A model generated the notes under the pieces. The model did no database searches. It was not told where the DNA came from and worked only from the letters and a program-made list of their open reading frames with translations. From NCBI RefSeq assembly GCF_036321535.1, contig NC_087472.1, forward strand, positions 99,326,001 to 99,390,000: a stretch of 64,000 nucleotides of DNA. The letters are read 5' to 3'. The number at the start of each line of letters is the position of its first letter. The stretch's first letter is position 1. The DNA comes from Camelus dromedarius. Lineage: Eukaryota. The position numbers were made by a program, and so were the translations under genes. Positions 50,843 to 61,946 of the stretch are shown piece by piece.

Positions 50843-51283
50843 ATCTAGCAGGCTGAATAGTGGCCCCCAGAAGATACATCTACCTGCAACTTGTAAATAT
50901 GACTTTCTTTGGGGAAATAAAAGGTCTTTGTGGCTATAATTAAGGTACAGTTCTCAAGATAAGATCATCCTGGATTAAGGTGGGCCCGAAATCCAATCAC
51001 TCTCCTAAGAAAAAGAACAGGAAGACTCTGAGACACAGGGAAGGTCGTGTGAAGAGGGAGGCGGAGATTGAAGTGATGCAGCCACAAGCCAAGGAATGCC
51101 AGAAGCCACCAGAAGGTGGAAGAGTGAGGACGGATTCTCCCCTAGAGCCTTCAGAGTTATCATTGCCTGTTAACAACTTGCTTGGAGATTTCTGGCCCGC
51201 AGAACTCTGAGAGAACAAATTTCTGTTGTTCTAAGTTACCAAGATTGGAGTCGTTTGTTCCGGCATCCCCAGGAAGCTAATAT
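50843..51283 (+). mobile_element. MLT1D-like MaLR LTR inserted in an L2 fragment
   Basis: gcaggctgaatagtggcccccagaagatacatc...agatcatcctggatta...gccacaagccaaggaatgcc...ggattctcccctagagccttcagag. Confidence 0.85.
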
Positions 51284-52274
51284 AGCCAGCCCCGGTCAAG
51301 TAACCACAGAGAAAATGTGACATGGCAACCATGCTAAACCCTGTGACAAATAGTTCAGTGATGTAACAGGGGCTAGCACTGGGTCAGGGGAAGAGGAGAC
51401 AATTCTCGAAATGACCTTGAGGTTTCAAGATGAGGCCGAGCCAATTCATCTAGACCAGACTTTATCAGCCATTTTAAGGATTTTGGTGTAAGATAAACAG
51501 AGAAGAATTCAACTATATGAAGTTCAAGGTATGCTATGCAATCCATACAGAAAATTAGGCAGTTGGTTGAAAGAGCTCCATAAAATAAAAATCACTGAAA
51601 ATGACACATACATACCTTTAACATTTTATTTAAATGTGCATTCATTCATCCATCTCTCTGTGAAGGTCCCAGACTTTATATGCTTTAGCTAAATGTCTTT
51701 CCTTGGCCTCTTTCTCATCCATAATATGTTGACTACCATTTTCCAATTCCATTTCTTTTAAGAAAACTGAAATACACTTGCAAAGAATTCTGAGTGCAGA
51801 ATTATTCTGGACTTTTATTTTATGAGATATTTTGCAGATTTCTCGCTTATACTTAATTGAACAATTTTCTTTATAGCAGCCTGCCTTTATTGCCTCTTCC
51901 CAAAGCATTCAACATAGTTTTCAGAGGAAAAAATCTCTCTGAAATATGAATGTGTTCATGTTTCATCAACTTACATAATACTTCATTAAATTAGGTAATT
52001 ATTTCAAACACTGGCAAAGACAGGTTAGAGACTCTTAGTAAACATACAGCTCAATTGGTAGGAGCAGAAATATATGAGCATCCTGGTGAGTAATCTACTA
52101 GCAATGAGCTAGCAGTGTTCTGTGGGCATGAACTGTGTGTTTTTATAGAGGGAATCAAGGGAGAGCACTGGTAGATCCAGCAGGTAGATTAAGTGGATGG
52201 TAGTTACAAGAATAAAACTGAATCTGGGCCTTAAGAAGCATAGATTTCCTAGGGGAAAGAATGAATTGTTCTAA

Positions 52275-52620
52275 ACCAATTAGGAGGCTAACAGAGTAGT
52301 CTGTGTGAGCCATTTGTGGCTTGGATTACAATGGTTTTCCATAATGGTAATGGAAAGATATGCCCACGTTTGAGAGATATTTAGGAGGTAAAATTGGCAA
52401 GATGGTAGGTTAGATCCAGTGAGACATAGGGAACGGTCAAAGATGACTCCAAGTTTCTTGTTTGCAAATCTGGATAGGTAATGATGCATTCACTAAGTTA
52501 AGTGATGCTGGAATCGGACTAAGGTTGAGATGAGTTTGGGATGTGTTGAATGTGAGGTACCTTCAATATCCAAAAGGTGTCTAGTGCTCAGAGGAGATAT
52601 CTGGGCTAAAGTTTAACATT
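52275..52620 (-). mobile_element. L2 fragment
   Basis: tttgagagatatttaggaggtaaaattggcaag...gtcaaagatgactccaagtttct...gatgagtttgggatgtgttgaatgtgagg. Confidence 0.75.
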
Positions 52621-52889
52621 TAAATACAATCACTCTCACCTACCAATACACTGATAATCGTGGCAACTTTCAATCAGCAATACATGGGCTTTGACTAGAA
52701 CCTCGTTAGCTACCATATTGCCTCCGCATAAAAGTTGTCAAGGCAATTTTGCATATATGTGTACATTATAAAGCTATACATTGCCAGCATTTAACAGCTT
52801 GGTTGGAAAACACACACACACACCATTCTGTAGGTGACAGACTTTCCAAAGAAGATTAGATTCACTATGGTTTTTCTCTATCCCTCACT

Positions 52890-53110
52890 AATGATAATAG
52901 TAACAGACTGAGTGCTTTCTATACACATTCTCCTATGTGCTCACATGTAATTTAATTCATTCAATCTTTGAAAAGATTCTTGAAGGTAGGTATTGATATC
53001 TCCATGTCCATTTTACAGATGGGAAGGGTGAGCCACAGACAGACTGTTCTAATGTTGCCCACCCAACAAGTGGCAGAGCTGGGAGTCAAGCCAAGGGTGT
53101 CTGTGCCCAA
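52890..53110 (-). mobile_element. MIR
   Basis: tccattttacagatgggaagggtgag...aagtggcagagctgggagtcaagccaag. Confidence 0.7.
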
Positions 53111-54149
53111 AACCCCTGCACATCACCGCCCCCAGCAAAATGAGGCATCACCACCCACAGGACTTCTGGACACATGGCACGCTCCAGAATTCAAAGGTGG
53201 AGGAGCAAAAACAGTGCAGCCATGATAAATGTCCTCTTTGACTTGGCTCGCTGTCCATAGTCATGCAATTTCCCAGCCCCCAGGTTCCTGTGTTTTTAGA
53301 AAAACAAATTCTCTAAAGTAGCAACTCAAATTGCTTCTTCAAATGTTTTTAAGTCTTTGTGCTGCTGGCTCACATAGTATTCTTGCTGGCATTGGAAAGC
53401 AATAAAGCCAATAAGGAAACTACGAAGAAGAAAGCTTCTTTAAAGAGATCTGAAATCATCTTTCAAAGTACAGAGAAGGAGGATATGTTTGCAAAACAAT
53501 AAGAACTGTCTCCAAAACCTTCTGAAAGCTTTAGCAATACCAGGCACTTGACATCTACAAAAAAACTCTTTAATCTCTGATAGAGTCAAGGCGTCATAGC
53601 ATCAGTGCATTAATAACAAAGGACTTGTTTTGCCGTCGGGCAGCTAAAACATATTTCTTTCCTAAGAAATATTTTCTAGATTTCATCATTCCTAGTGATA
53701 AATTAGTTATTTCCAAATTGTTGTTAGCTAGCTAACAGAGTCAGCGGACAATTCTTTTTACAGAGGCATAACTTGACAGTGAGTTGATATCGCAAACTCC
53801 ATTGTGCCTGCCCTGATTAAGTTTATCATTTGAAAATAAAATGGTTTGAGGAAAGTGAATTCACCTCACGCGCAAAAACTATGATAAAATTTCACTGGCT
53901 TTCACACAGCCTTGGATAAGCATCAAAACTCACTTTTATTAGTCTCAAAAACATTGGAGTTGTTTTAATGGCCATTCCTTCTTTTTTCTTTCTTTTCTGT
54001 TGTCTCCTTCCATTGACACCATCGATCTATCTCCTATTCCTCCTTCTCACTCAGCTCTCCACCTTCCTTTCTATCTCATTTTTGTTTCTATTCCTATAAG
54101 AATTAAATCAGGTTCCTGTATCACGTTTCCCACCTTTGCCATTGGAATA

Positions 54150-54320
54150 AGGCGGGCGTCAGCAAACTACAGCCTTCTGGCCAAATCCAGCCCTCTGCCT
54201 GTTTTCATAAATTAAGTTTTGTTGGAAGACAGCTGAATGTATTTGTTTCCCCACCGTCTACGGCTTCTTCCACGCCACAACGGCAGAGATGATGGTGTAA
54301 ATCTCTGGGCCCCAGGATCG
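54150..54320. mobile_element. MER58-like fragment
   Basis: gtcagcaaactacagccttctggccaaatccagccctctgcctgttttcataaattaagttttgttggaa. Confidence 0.7.
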
Positions 54321-55649
54321 AGCCGCCATATCTCCACGGTCTTTGGAGCGCGTCTGTCTCTAGGCCGGGGGACTGGATCACAATTTTCCCTCCTTGGGTC
54401 CCCGGAAAGTCATTTAACACCTCTGCTCAGTTCTCTCATTTGTAAAATCAGTCCCACCAAAAGCCGTTCTTGCTCCTATTTCAGAAGGCCTTAGTAATCA
54501 TACATAAAATAATATTCCTAATATATGAATGGGGAGAGGTTTTGAAACATTGTAACTTCAGATGCCATTAGGAGAGTTTTTCTACGGGCACCATCATGAA
54601 AAACAGAAATGACCTAGGCAAGAAAAATCTTCCATTTTTGCCCCTTGAGGTACCTGAATTGCAGTATTTATAACTGCCAGCTCACCTCTTCATCCACTCT
54701 GTTGTGAATGCTCCCTTGTGATGAGGAAGCGTAAGGCCAGCTTCAGGTACCCACCGCAGGGGGAATCAGGGAGCTAGGTCCAGCTACGGAGCTACTGAGA
54801 TCCCACAGCAAGCTGCCAAGAGCTGATGTTGGCCACCGCTGCTTTGAGTTCATTCTTTGGCTGCTGTTTTCTCAAGATGTTCCCAGATTTCCACTCTTTG
54901 GCTGAGACCACCACCTTGTTTATTCTCCCTTCAACTGATGAAGCGTGGTCTTGTAATTTAAGCTGTTGGAGGACAATCAACTTTCTTCTCAAACTGATTT
55001 GTTAAGATGATCCCCTTAGGAAAACATGGATATGGTACGGAGAGCCTGTGTGGAGATCATGTGTGAGTTTGGGATTCTTCCTCACCTCTTAAACAGAAAA
55101 TTGGAGAGTAGACACCCTGTAAGGTTATCACAAAATGGCAGTCATCAATGGAGCAGCATCTTCAGGTACCTAGGAGGAACCACCTGAGATTAGCCCAGAT
55201 GGGCCCCTTCCTGGATTCCTATTTGACTGAAGGCAGGAAATAGCTCCGAGTTAAAATGCTAATATCATTCAGAAGAGGCTACGCTTTCGCCTGGGACCTC
55301 TCTTAATCCCCGTCAGCCAGCCAAGTCCTGGCAAATTTGATAGAGAGGAAAAAAATGAGAAAGCCCCAGAGTAGGGAAGATGGGGAAGGAGGGCATGCCA
55401 CATGCCTGCCCCAAGGGTGGCTCAAGGGCACAGCTGGCCAGCGAGAAGGAGTCCTGCAGAGGGCTGCTCTCCACGACTAAGAGGAAGGCACAGGCCCCCT
55501 AGGATCTTGCTGCTCAGACATGAGCATCCCTGGGAGCTTGTCAGGGATGCAGAAGCTAAGGCCCAGGGGACTCACATTCAAGTTGAGACTCACTGTCCCA
55601 GAATGTGCTCAGTTGTCAAAAAGGACTTGTGCCAGTTATTAAGTTGTTG

Positions 55650-56128
55650 TCCAGCTATCCATGTATTCTCTTAGCCCACAGCCCGCCCTTCCACGCTCTG
55701 CTCTGTGACACTGGGGCCAGGATGCTGCAAACGACATCTCTGTTTTGCCAGTTGCTCTCGATTCTGGCCCTACCAGCCAGACACCCCTTCCTCGGGGGTC
55801 TGTGCCTGGTCCCATGAGCCCCTCCTCTGAGCTTGGAGATGCCAGCACCAGCAGGCAGTGCCCCTCCTCAGAGGTCTGCGTTTCAGCACTATGGGCCCCT
55901 CCCCCAAGTCTCTGGCCTTCCGTTTTCAGCTACCTTTGTTCCCTCTGCCTCCGGGCTGGGAGCTGCTTCCTCCAGTTGCCACCACAGGGACATCTTAGAA
56001 TTCTCCTTTCACCCTTTCAGTTCCCCAGTTAGCAACTTTATACCTAGTTAACAACATCTTCGTAGGAAAACCTTATTACTCCAATAACTGGTGTGGCTTC
56101 TGTCCCCTGACTAGACCCAGCCTGATAC
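55650..56128 (+). mobile_element. ERVL-type LTR (LTR33A-like)
   Basis: ctctgctctgtgacactggggccaggatgctgcaaac...aataactggtgtggcttctgtcccctgactagacccagcctgatac. Confidence 0.6.
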
Positions 56129-56239
56129 CAGACCCCACGCTGATAACGATGGTCCCCGGACAGGGTGCTCCCAGGGAGCAACCGGATGACTTTCCATTCC
56201 ACACTCCACGCCACCAAGAAAACCTAAAAAGAGCAACAC

Positions 56240-56720
56240 CTGCCCCCACCCCCGGCCCCAAGGAAAGGGCCTTTCTCTCCCATAGGATGCGCCAACGCTG
56301 CTTAAGTGCCAAAGCCAGAGCCCAGCAAGAGGCCAGGGCAGAGAAAGGCTTCTGGGCTGCCGGGCCACGAGCAGAGGCCTGCCCGTGTCACTGCGGAGCT
56401 TCTTCCCCCGGCCCCGCCGCACCGCCCTCGAGTCCCGCTCTGAGGGAAGGGGCCTTGGCTCAGCAAAAAGAATAGCTCCTTTCTCGGGTTGGGGTGGGGG
56501 TGCTGGGCACCTCCCCCCACAGTTGCAGGCATTTCCAACAAGGAGCTGAAGAGTGGGCTGTACACTTTGCTAGAACAGAGGTGGGTGGGGAGGGGAGTGG
56601 GGGCCGGGATTTCAGCACCTAGAACTCCTTCTACACACATACACACACGCACACACGCGCGCGCGCACACGCGGAATAGAAGGATAGCGTTGTTTTCCAC
56701 AGTGTCACCTCAGCCCGAGG
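56240..56720. promoter_or_regulatory. GC/CpG-rich candidate regulatory segment
   Basis: GC-box-like ggccccgccgcaccgccc, G4 motif 56583-56603, alternating purine-pyrimidine tract about 56632-56672; no repeat recognised. Confidence 0.35.
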
Positions 56721-57399
56721 CCATATTCCTTTCTGTGGTAGAGGCATCCCTGAAACGATGGATCCTGACTGACCCTCTCAGCTCTTCAGAAGCAAGAAGT
56801 TGTCAGGAATGTTTAATTAAAAAGAGAGGCAAAAAAAAAAAAAAAAAAGAAGAAGAACGCAAACAAAAACAAAGAAGAACCAGAGTGTTTAAGCAGCAGA
56901 ATCCATTCGCCAAAAAAAGGTGTAACAACAATGAAGAAAAAATAAAGACTGACGATAAACACCAAATGGAGCAAGAATCATGGAACTTGATGTAAATAAT
57001 GAGGAGAAATGGAACAAAACAAAAGCAAATACAGACTTTCAAGGAAATCTGAACCAAATTTAGAATACTTGACTTCCTTGTAAGTTCTGAAACCACATAA
57101 AAGTATTGTGACTACATATTATCTTCTGCACAATATTCGGATAAAGGGAAAGGAGAGGGACCACGTCACATCGTTGGCCCTGCTGTGTGCCAGGGGTTCA
57201 CTTCAGTGCCTCACGTGGAGGACGTCAGAGAATATTCTCCCGTCTGCCAAAGAAACCTGTAGCTATTACTATTCCCATTTTAGGAGGAAGATGGAGCACA
57301 GAGATCCTAACCTTGCTGAAATGTGGGCGCATGAACAAATGGAATTAGACCACAGACTCCCAACGATCTACGTGTGGATTATTGAAGTCTCCCAACATC

Positions 57400-57790
57400 T
57401 CAGACCATTCGGGTGGCCATAACAAACTACCAGAGACCAGGTGGCTGATAAACAACAGAAATTTATTTCTCATAGGTCTGGATGCTGGGAAGTACAAACC
57501 CAAGGCACCAGCAGCATCGCTTCTTGGCCTTTTGGCTAAGATGAAGTGTAGTATCTGTTCTTATCAGTCAGGGCACCAGCAGATTCGGTGTCTGGTGAGA
57601 GCCCACATCCCGGTTCATAGACCTTCTAGCTGTAAGCTCACTTGGCGAGAAGGACCAGGGTTTTCTCTGATCTCTTTTATAAGAGCACTCATCCCATTCA
57701 TGATGGCTCTGCCCCACCTCTACCATCACCTTGGGGTTTAGGTTCCAACATATAAATTTGGGGAGGTACACAAAAGTTCAGACCATAGTA
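57400..57790 (-). mobile_element. MLT1A0-like MaLR LTR hosting a U2 retrocopy
   Basis: ataacaaactaccagagaccaggtggctgataaacaacagaaatttatttctcatagg...agattcggtgtctggtgagagccc...aagttcagaccatag. Confidence 0.85.
57516..57568 (+). pseudogene. RNU2: 3'-truncated U2 snRNA retropseudogene (nt 1-53)
   Basis: atcgcttcttggccttttggctaagatgaagtgtagtatctgttcttatcagt matches mammalian U2 nt 1-53 with 2 substitutions (C10T, C28G); flanked by ca(a/g)ggcaccagcag at 57501-57514 and 57569-57582. Confidence 0.95.
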
Positions 57791-58219
57791 CTCATTTTTT
57801 ATAGTCTGCCCTCACTTATCATTTCCTGGGTTTTGAGTAAAACATTCACCTTTGCTGGATTTGATTATTTAAATAGTCCATGACATAACCCTGCTATGAA
57901 TCTAGTATTTAGGTATCGAATTTCCAGCCACTGACAGCCTATAGTTCTTCACTCATTGCAAAGGAAACTTCATTCAGGATCCCTTTGCTTTATCTGTATA
58001 ACAGAGCTTACCACCTGATAAAATTCTCTCTTATCTCAAGATGGAACCAATGAAGGGGATCGTAATTAAATCATTTGATAATACCCAGCTCATCTTTATA
58101 GGCCTCCCAGCTCATGATTGATGCTGACTAAAGATAACCCCAAGCTGTGGGTTCTTGGAAACAAACTACATACTTTATTAAAACACCCATGTGAATGGCC
58201 CCTAATTTGTCCTCTACAG

Positions 58220-58393
58220 CAGTGGTTCTCACACCCGACCATGCGTCACAGTCCCCTGGAGAGCCTGTTCAAACAGGTGACCGGGATCTACCCCAGAGTT
58301 TCTGAGTCAGCAGGTCTGAGGTGGGACTCAAGCTCAGTCCCCAGGCGATGCCAGTGCTGATGGTCTGGAGTCCAGACTTGAGACCCACCACTC
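58220..58393 (-). mobile_element. MER5A-like
   Basis: cagtggttctcac...cccagagtttctgagtcagcaggtctgaggtggg...ccaggcgatgccagtgctgatggtctg. Confidence 0.75.
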
Positions 58394-58440
58394 TGTAGAA
58401 AGGCTTTAGAATATGAGCTAGCCATTCCTTCTTTCTTCCT

Positions 58441-58610
58441 TTTTTTTTTTTTTTTTTAGGAGTTTTCCACCCTTTTTTGTTTGTTTGTTTGTTTTGGAGG
58501 GAAGGTAATGAGGTTTATTTGTTTATTTTTTAGTGGAGGTACTGGGGATTGAACCCAGGACCTCCTGCATGCTAACCACACACTCTACCACTGAGCTACA
58601 CTCTCCCCTG
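58441..58610 (-). mobile_element. tRNA-derived SINE, camelid vic-1 type, with extended 3' end
   Basis: Reverse strand has A-box TAGCTCAGTGG and B-box-like GGTTCAATCCC, CCAGTACCTCC, two AATAAA, (AAAC)n tail, a 15-bp tag and poly(A); TSD ccttctttcttc at 58427-58438 and 58611-58622. Confidence 0.92.
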
Positions 58611-58811
58611 CCTTCTTTCTTCTTTAGTAATGAAATGAATTTTAAATCAGAGTGAGAAATGCATCTAGCTGAAAGATGATATTTCTCAGCCTCTCTTGCA
58701 ACTTGAAGTGGCCACGTGACTAAGTTCTCGCCTGTGAGCTGTGAGAAGTGTTGTGTGGGAATTCCAGGAAGGTGGCTTGAAGGAAGCCTGGGTCACTGGG
58801 AAGAGCCTGCG

Positions 58812-59260
58812 AAGGCAGCTTCTAAGATGGCCCCAGTGATGCCCACCTCCTGGTATTCACGCCCCTGGACATTTCCCGCTGTATGAGCACTCACTGGACT
58901 TCTAATGGGAGAATCCAGCTGCTGAGTCATGAGACAGCCCTGTGGGGAAGCCCACATAAGTGAGCATGGGGGGGGGGGGGGGGGACTCTGAACCCTGCCA
59001 AGACCACCTGAGTGGTTTCTGCACAGATCCTCCTGAGTTGAGCCTTGAGATCGGCTGCAGCCGGTGCCTCACTTGCGGATTGTGAAACGCTGAGCCACAA
59101 GCACGCTGCTAAGCTGCTCCCAACTGTGAGAAACTAGGAGATAACAGAACTAGGAGATAATAATATTATGAGATAATGTAGAAACGAGGATAATAAATGT
59201 TTGTTATTTCCAGCCCAAAGTTTGAGGGTGAGTTGTTAAGCAGCAATGCATAACTAACAC
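58812..59260 (+). mobile_element. MLT1F-like LTR (nested)
   Basis: gcagcttctaagatggccccagtgatgcccacctcctggtattcacgccc ... gttgttaagcagcaatgcataactaacaca. Confidence 0.75.
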
Positions 59261-59554
59261 AGAGCCCCTTCTCTGTTCTCCTACCCTGATACCTGCGAAA
59301 GAAAGCTCGAACCGCAGAAGCCATCCTTGACCGTGAGGATAGAGTCTACATGGCGAGGATGGCAAAGCAAAAAGACAGGCATCTGGGTCCTGATGACACC
59401 AGAAAGCCAGCATGGGGCTGCATACTTCCCAACTTCCTTTCTATGAGGGAGAAATAGACTGCTCTCTCAATGAAGCTTAAAAATATTTATGTGTGCCTGG
59501 CCTTCCTCCTTTCACCAAGTCTATAAAATAACAGTGTTATCATTTTAACAGACA

Positions 59555-59950
59555 TTTAGCTCTTACTAGATTCCAGACACTGCCTAAATACTTTATAAAT
59601 GTTCACCCATGAAATTGTCATCACAACCCTATTGTTATTCTCATTTTGCTGATGGGGACTCTGGGGCACAGAGAGGTTAAGCGACTTGCTGAAGGACACA
59701 CAGCTAGTGAGGATTATAAATCCAGGCAGTCTGGCTGCAGAATCTGTGCTTTTAATCATTAAGCCCTATTGTGCTAACATCTTCTAAGTGTTTCCCAAGT
59801 GTTGGACATCATACTAAGTGCTTTACACATTTCACAGAAGAGGAAACTGGAGCTCAGGGAGGGTTAAGTAACTGCCTGAAAACCACAAGGCTGAAAGTGG
59901 CAGAGATTCAAATCCAGGTTTCTTTGCTTCAAGGCCAGTGCTCTTACTGC
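59555..59950 (-). mobile_element. two adjacent MIR fragments
   Basis: gcacagagaggttaagcgacttgctgaaggacacacagctagt and cacagaagaggaaactggagctcagggagggttaagtaactgcctgaa. Confidence 0.8.
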
Positions 59951-60019
59951 TTGTGAAATGACACTTCTGTTCTGGGCCTAGTTTGTCTTCAGGGATTCCC
60001 AGTGACCACGTCATGGAAC

Positions 60020-60180
60020 CTGCCCTCCCCAGATTTGGCTGTGCCTACAGATCCCCTGGGGGGCTTGGTAGATGCAGCTTCTGACTCAGAGGTCCTGGGC
60101 TGGGACCCAAGAATCAGCGTTTCTCACACGTGCCGCGATGACAGTGACGTTGCTGGTCTGAGGCCACGCTCTGTGCAGTG
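60020..60180 (-). mobile_element. MER5A-like
   Basis: cagatcccctggggggcttggtagatgcagcttctgactcagaggtcctgggctgggacccaagaatc. Confidence 0.65.
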
Positions 60181-60469
60181 AGGTGGACTTCCTCCTTAGC
60201 AGGGCTGGGCCCTCAGTGGCTGTGCTACCTGTTCCCCTTCCTGTAAAACGACACGGCGCTTGGAGAGATGGTCAGTAAAGTTCCTCCTGCTCTAAGAGTC
60301 CTTGATTTTGTGCACAATAGCATTTTCTGCCACTCTCCACACCTTTGTACTTATCTGACCAAGAAGCAAAATAATCTAAATTACCAAAGACATAATTAAA
60401 TGCATCTAATTTGATATCAGGGAGAAGATCCGTTTGTCCAGCCCCCTCACTTTGCAAGTGAGAAAACAG

Positions 60470-61140
60470 AGAGGCGATGTGACTTGCCCATGCCCAGGTC
60501 CGGGCGCTGGGGCGCTGGGGCGCTGGGAGCAGATGCTGCCTCTTCTCAGGCTTGGCTGTGCCTCCGCGTCACCAGGGTCACATGGAGAGTCTGGTTCAGG
60601 AGAGTCTGCATTTCTCCCCAGGTGAGGCCCACACGGCTGGTCCCCGGAGCACAGATCACAGCGCTTTTCTCCCAGCGCCGCCTCTCCCCTCCATCCATGC
60701 CCCAGGGGGCAGAAACCCAGCTGGGCCGGGGAGGGACCCTGAGAACTGGCCTCTGGGCCCCCCAGTCAGAAGAGGCAGGAACACCACAGTGAGACAGGAA
60801 AGGCTGAGGCGAGTGACCCGGATTTCGGAGGACCACCACCACAAGAGAGGTGACATTCATGTGGGGCCTGAAGTTCAGGGGAAGTGGTTACAGTCGCTGC
60901 CACCGCAGCAAACGCAGCCAGAGCAGAGCAGCGCGAACGGGGGCCACTTCCGGCCCCACCCAGGCCTCTCCGGGCATTTCTTTGACACAGGAGCCAGCCC
61001 CCGGGAGCTAATCCCGCGCTGTAGTTGGGCGCAGACCTGGGTGGTAGCGACGGAGGATGTGGGGCATTCGGGAGGAGCCCCCAGGCAACAGCCTGACCCA
61101 GGGCCCGGGTTCCCCTGCGGCTGTGAGCCTCTGACCTCAA
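60470..61140. promoter_or_regulatory. weak CpG-island-like segment
   Basis: High GC with roughly 30-35 CpG by eye in about 670 bp; ETS/GABPA motif CACTTCCGG at 60945-60953; G4 motif 60502-60527. Confidence 0.4.
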
Positions 61141-61515
61141 TTAGACTTTAAGCAATGCCCTCTGTGTGCCTAGCGCTGTGCTAGGGGGCCTGGCAAACAA
61201 AATGAAGTCTAAAATGTGGTCTGTACCCTCAAGGGGTTTGTCATCTAATTGGAGGAGCCAGTGGGAAGGAGGCTGAGAATTCAAGAGAGTTCCAGAGAAT
61301 GTTACACTTTTCAGTGAGGTCTGGATGTGCAGTGGAGAATCTCAGAAGGGAGAAATGGGCCTGGGTCTGAGCAAGTCAGGAAAAGGCTTCCTGAAGAGGT
61401 GACACCTGAGCTGGGGCCTTAGGTAGGTGTGGCCCCAGTTCTTCCCAGTCCTGGTATCCTCACCCTTTGTCATGTAACTTTGTATTTGTGAATGAAAAAT
61501 ACCGCAAGTCATATC

Positions 61516-61946
61516 AGTCAACAAAGAATGCTGTGGCCATCAAGTCATCAGCCACCTCAGGATGCAGACAAGCAGGGAGGCCGGCCCCTGCAGCCACCCT
61601 GAGGGGACTCAGAATATGAAAGGGCAGGAGACTGGCCCTAGAGGGCTAGGTGCTTGTCAAAGGGATGAATTCAGTGAGCGCAGACGTTTGCTCCTTCCCA
61701 TACACAGAAAAGCACTAAATTCTTTAACTTGAGATGCCTGGTTTTCTTTTTAATGTTCCGACTACCTGGTCTTTGTTGTAAAACTCCTGTATATCCTGGC
61801 TCCTCCCCCACCTCTTCGGAGCAGTCTCTCGGAGCAATCTGGGCGGCTGTCATCCCGGGCTTCAAGGGGTTCGAGTCCTCAGAAATGTCAACTGAGTAAC
61901 ACGTAGCTCCCAACTTTCAGGTTGTGCGGTTTTATTTCGGTTGGCA
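61516..61946 (+). mobile_element. ERV1-class solo LTR (cetartiodactyl MER41/LTR39-like)
   Basis: Degenerate inverted termini (a)gtcaac...gttggca, 4-bp flanks tatc/tatt; internal aaaactcctgtatatcctggctcctccccacctcttcggagcagtctctc. Confidence 0.75.

Larger units (their letters stand above)
58395..59510 (+). mobile_element. old MLT1J-like LTR containing a nested vic-1 SINE and a second MLT1
   Basis: tatttctcagcctctcttgcaacttgaagtggccacgtgactaagttc ... cagccatccttgaccgtgagg..gaggatggcaaagcaaaaagac..ctgggtcctgatgac. Confidence 0.6.

Noticed and set aside
54792..54992. 66-aa minus-strand ORF with protein-like composition
   Set aside because: No recognised family, non-ATG start and no clear splice sites
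56489..56995. 168-aa ORF with K/E-rich C-terminus
   Set aside because: Translates a (CA)/(CG) microsatellite and a poly(A) tract; non-ATG start
60552..61151. Longest ORF in the track (199 aa, plus strand)
   Set aside because: Non-ATG start, P/G/R-rich low-information sequence, overlapping ORFs on both strands typical of GC-rich DNA, no recognisable domain
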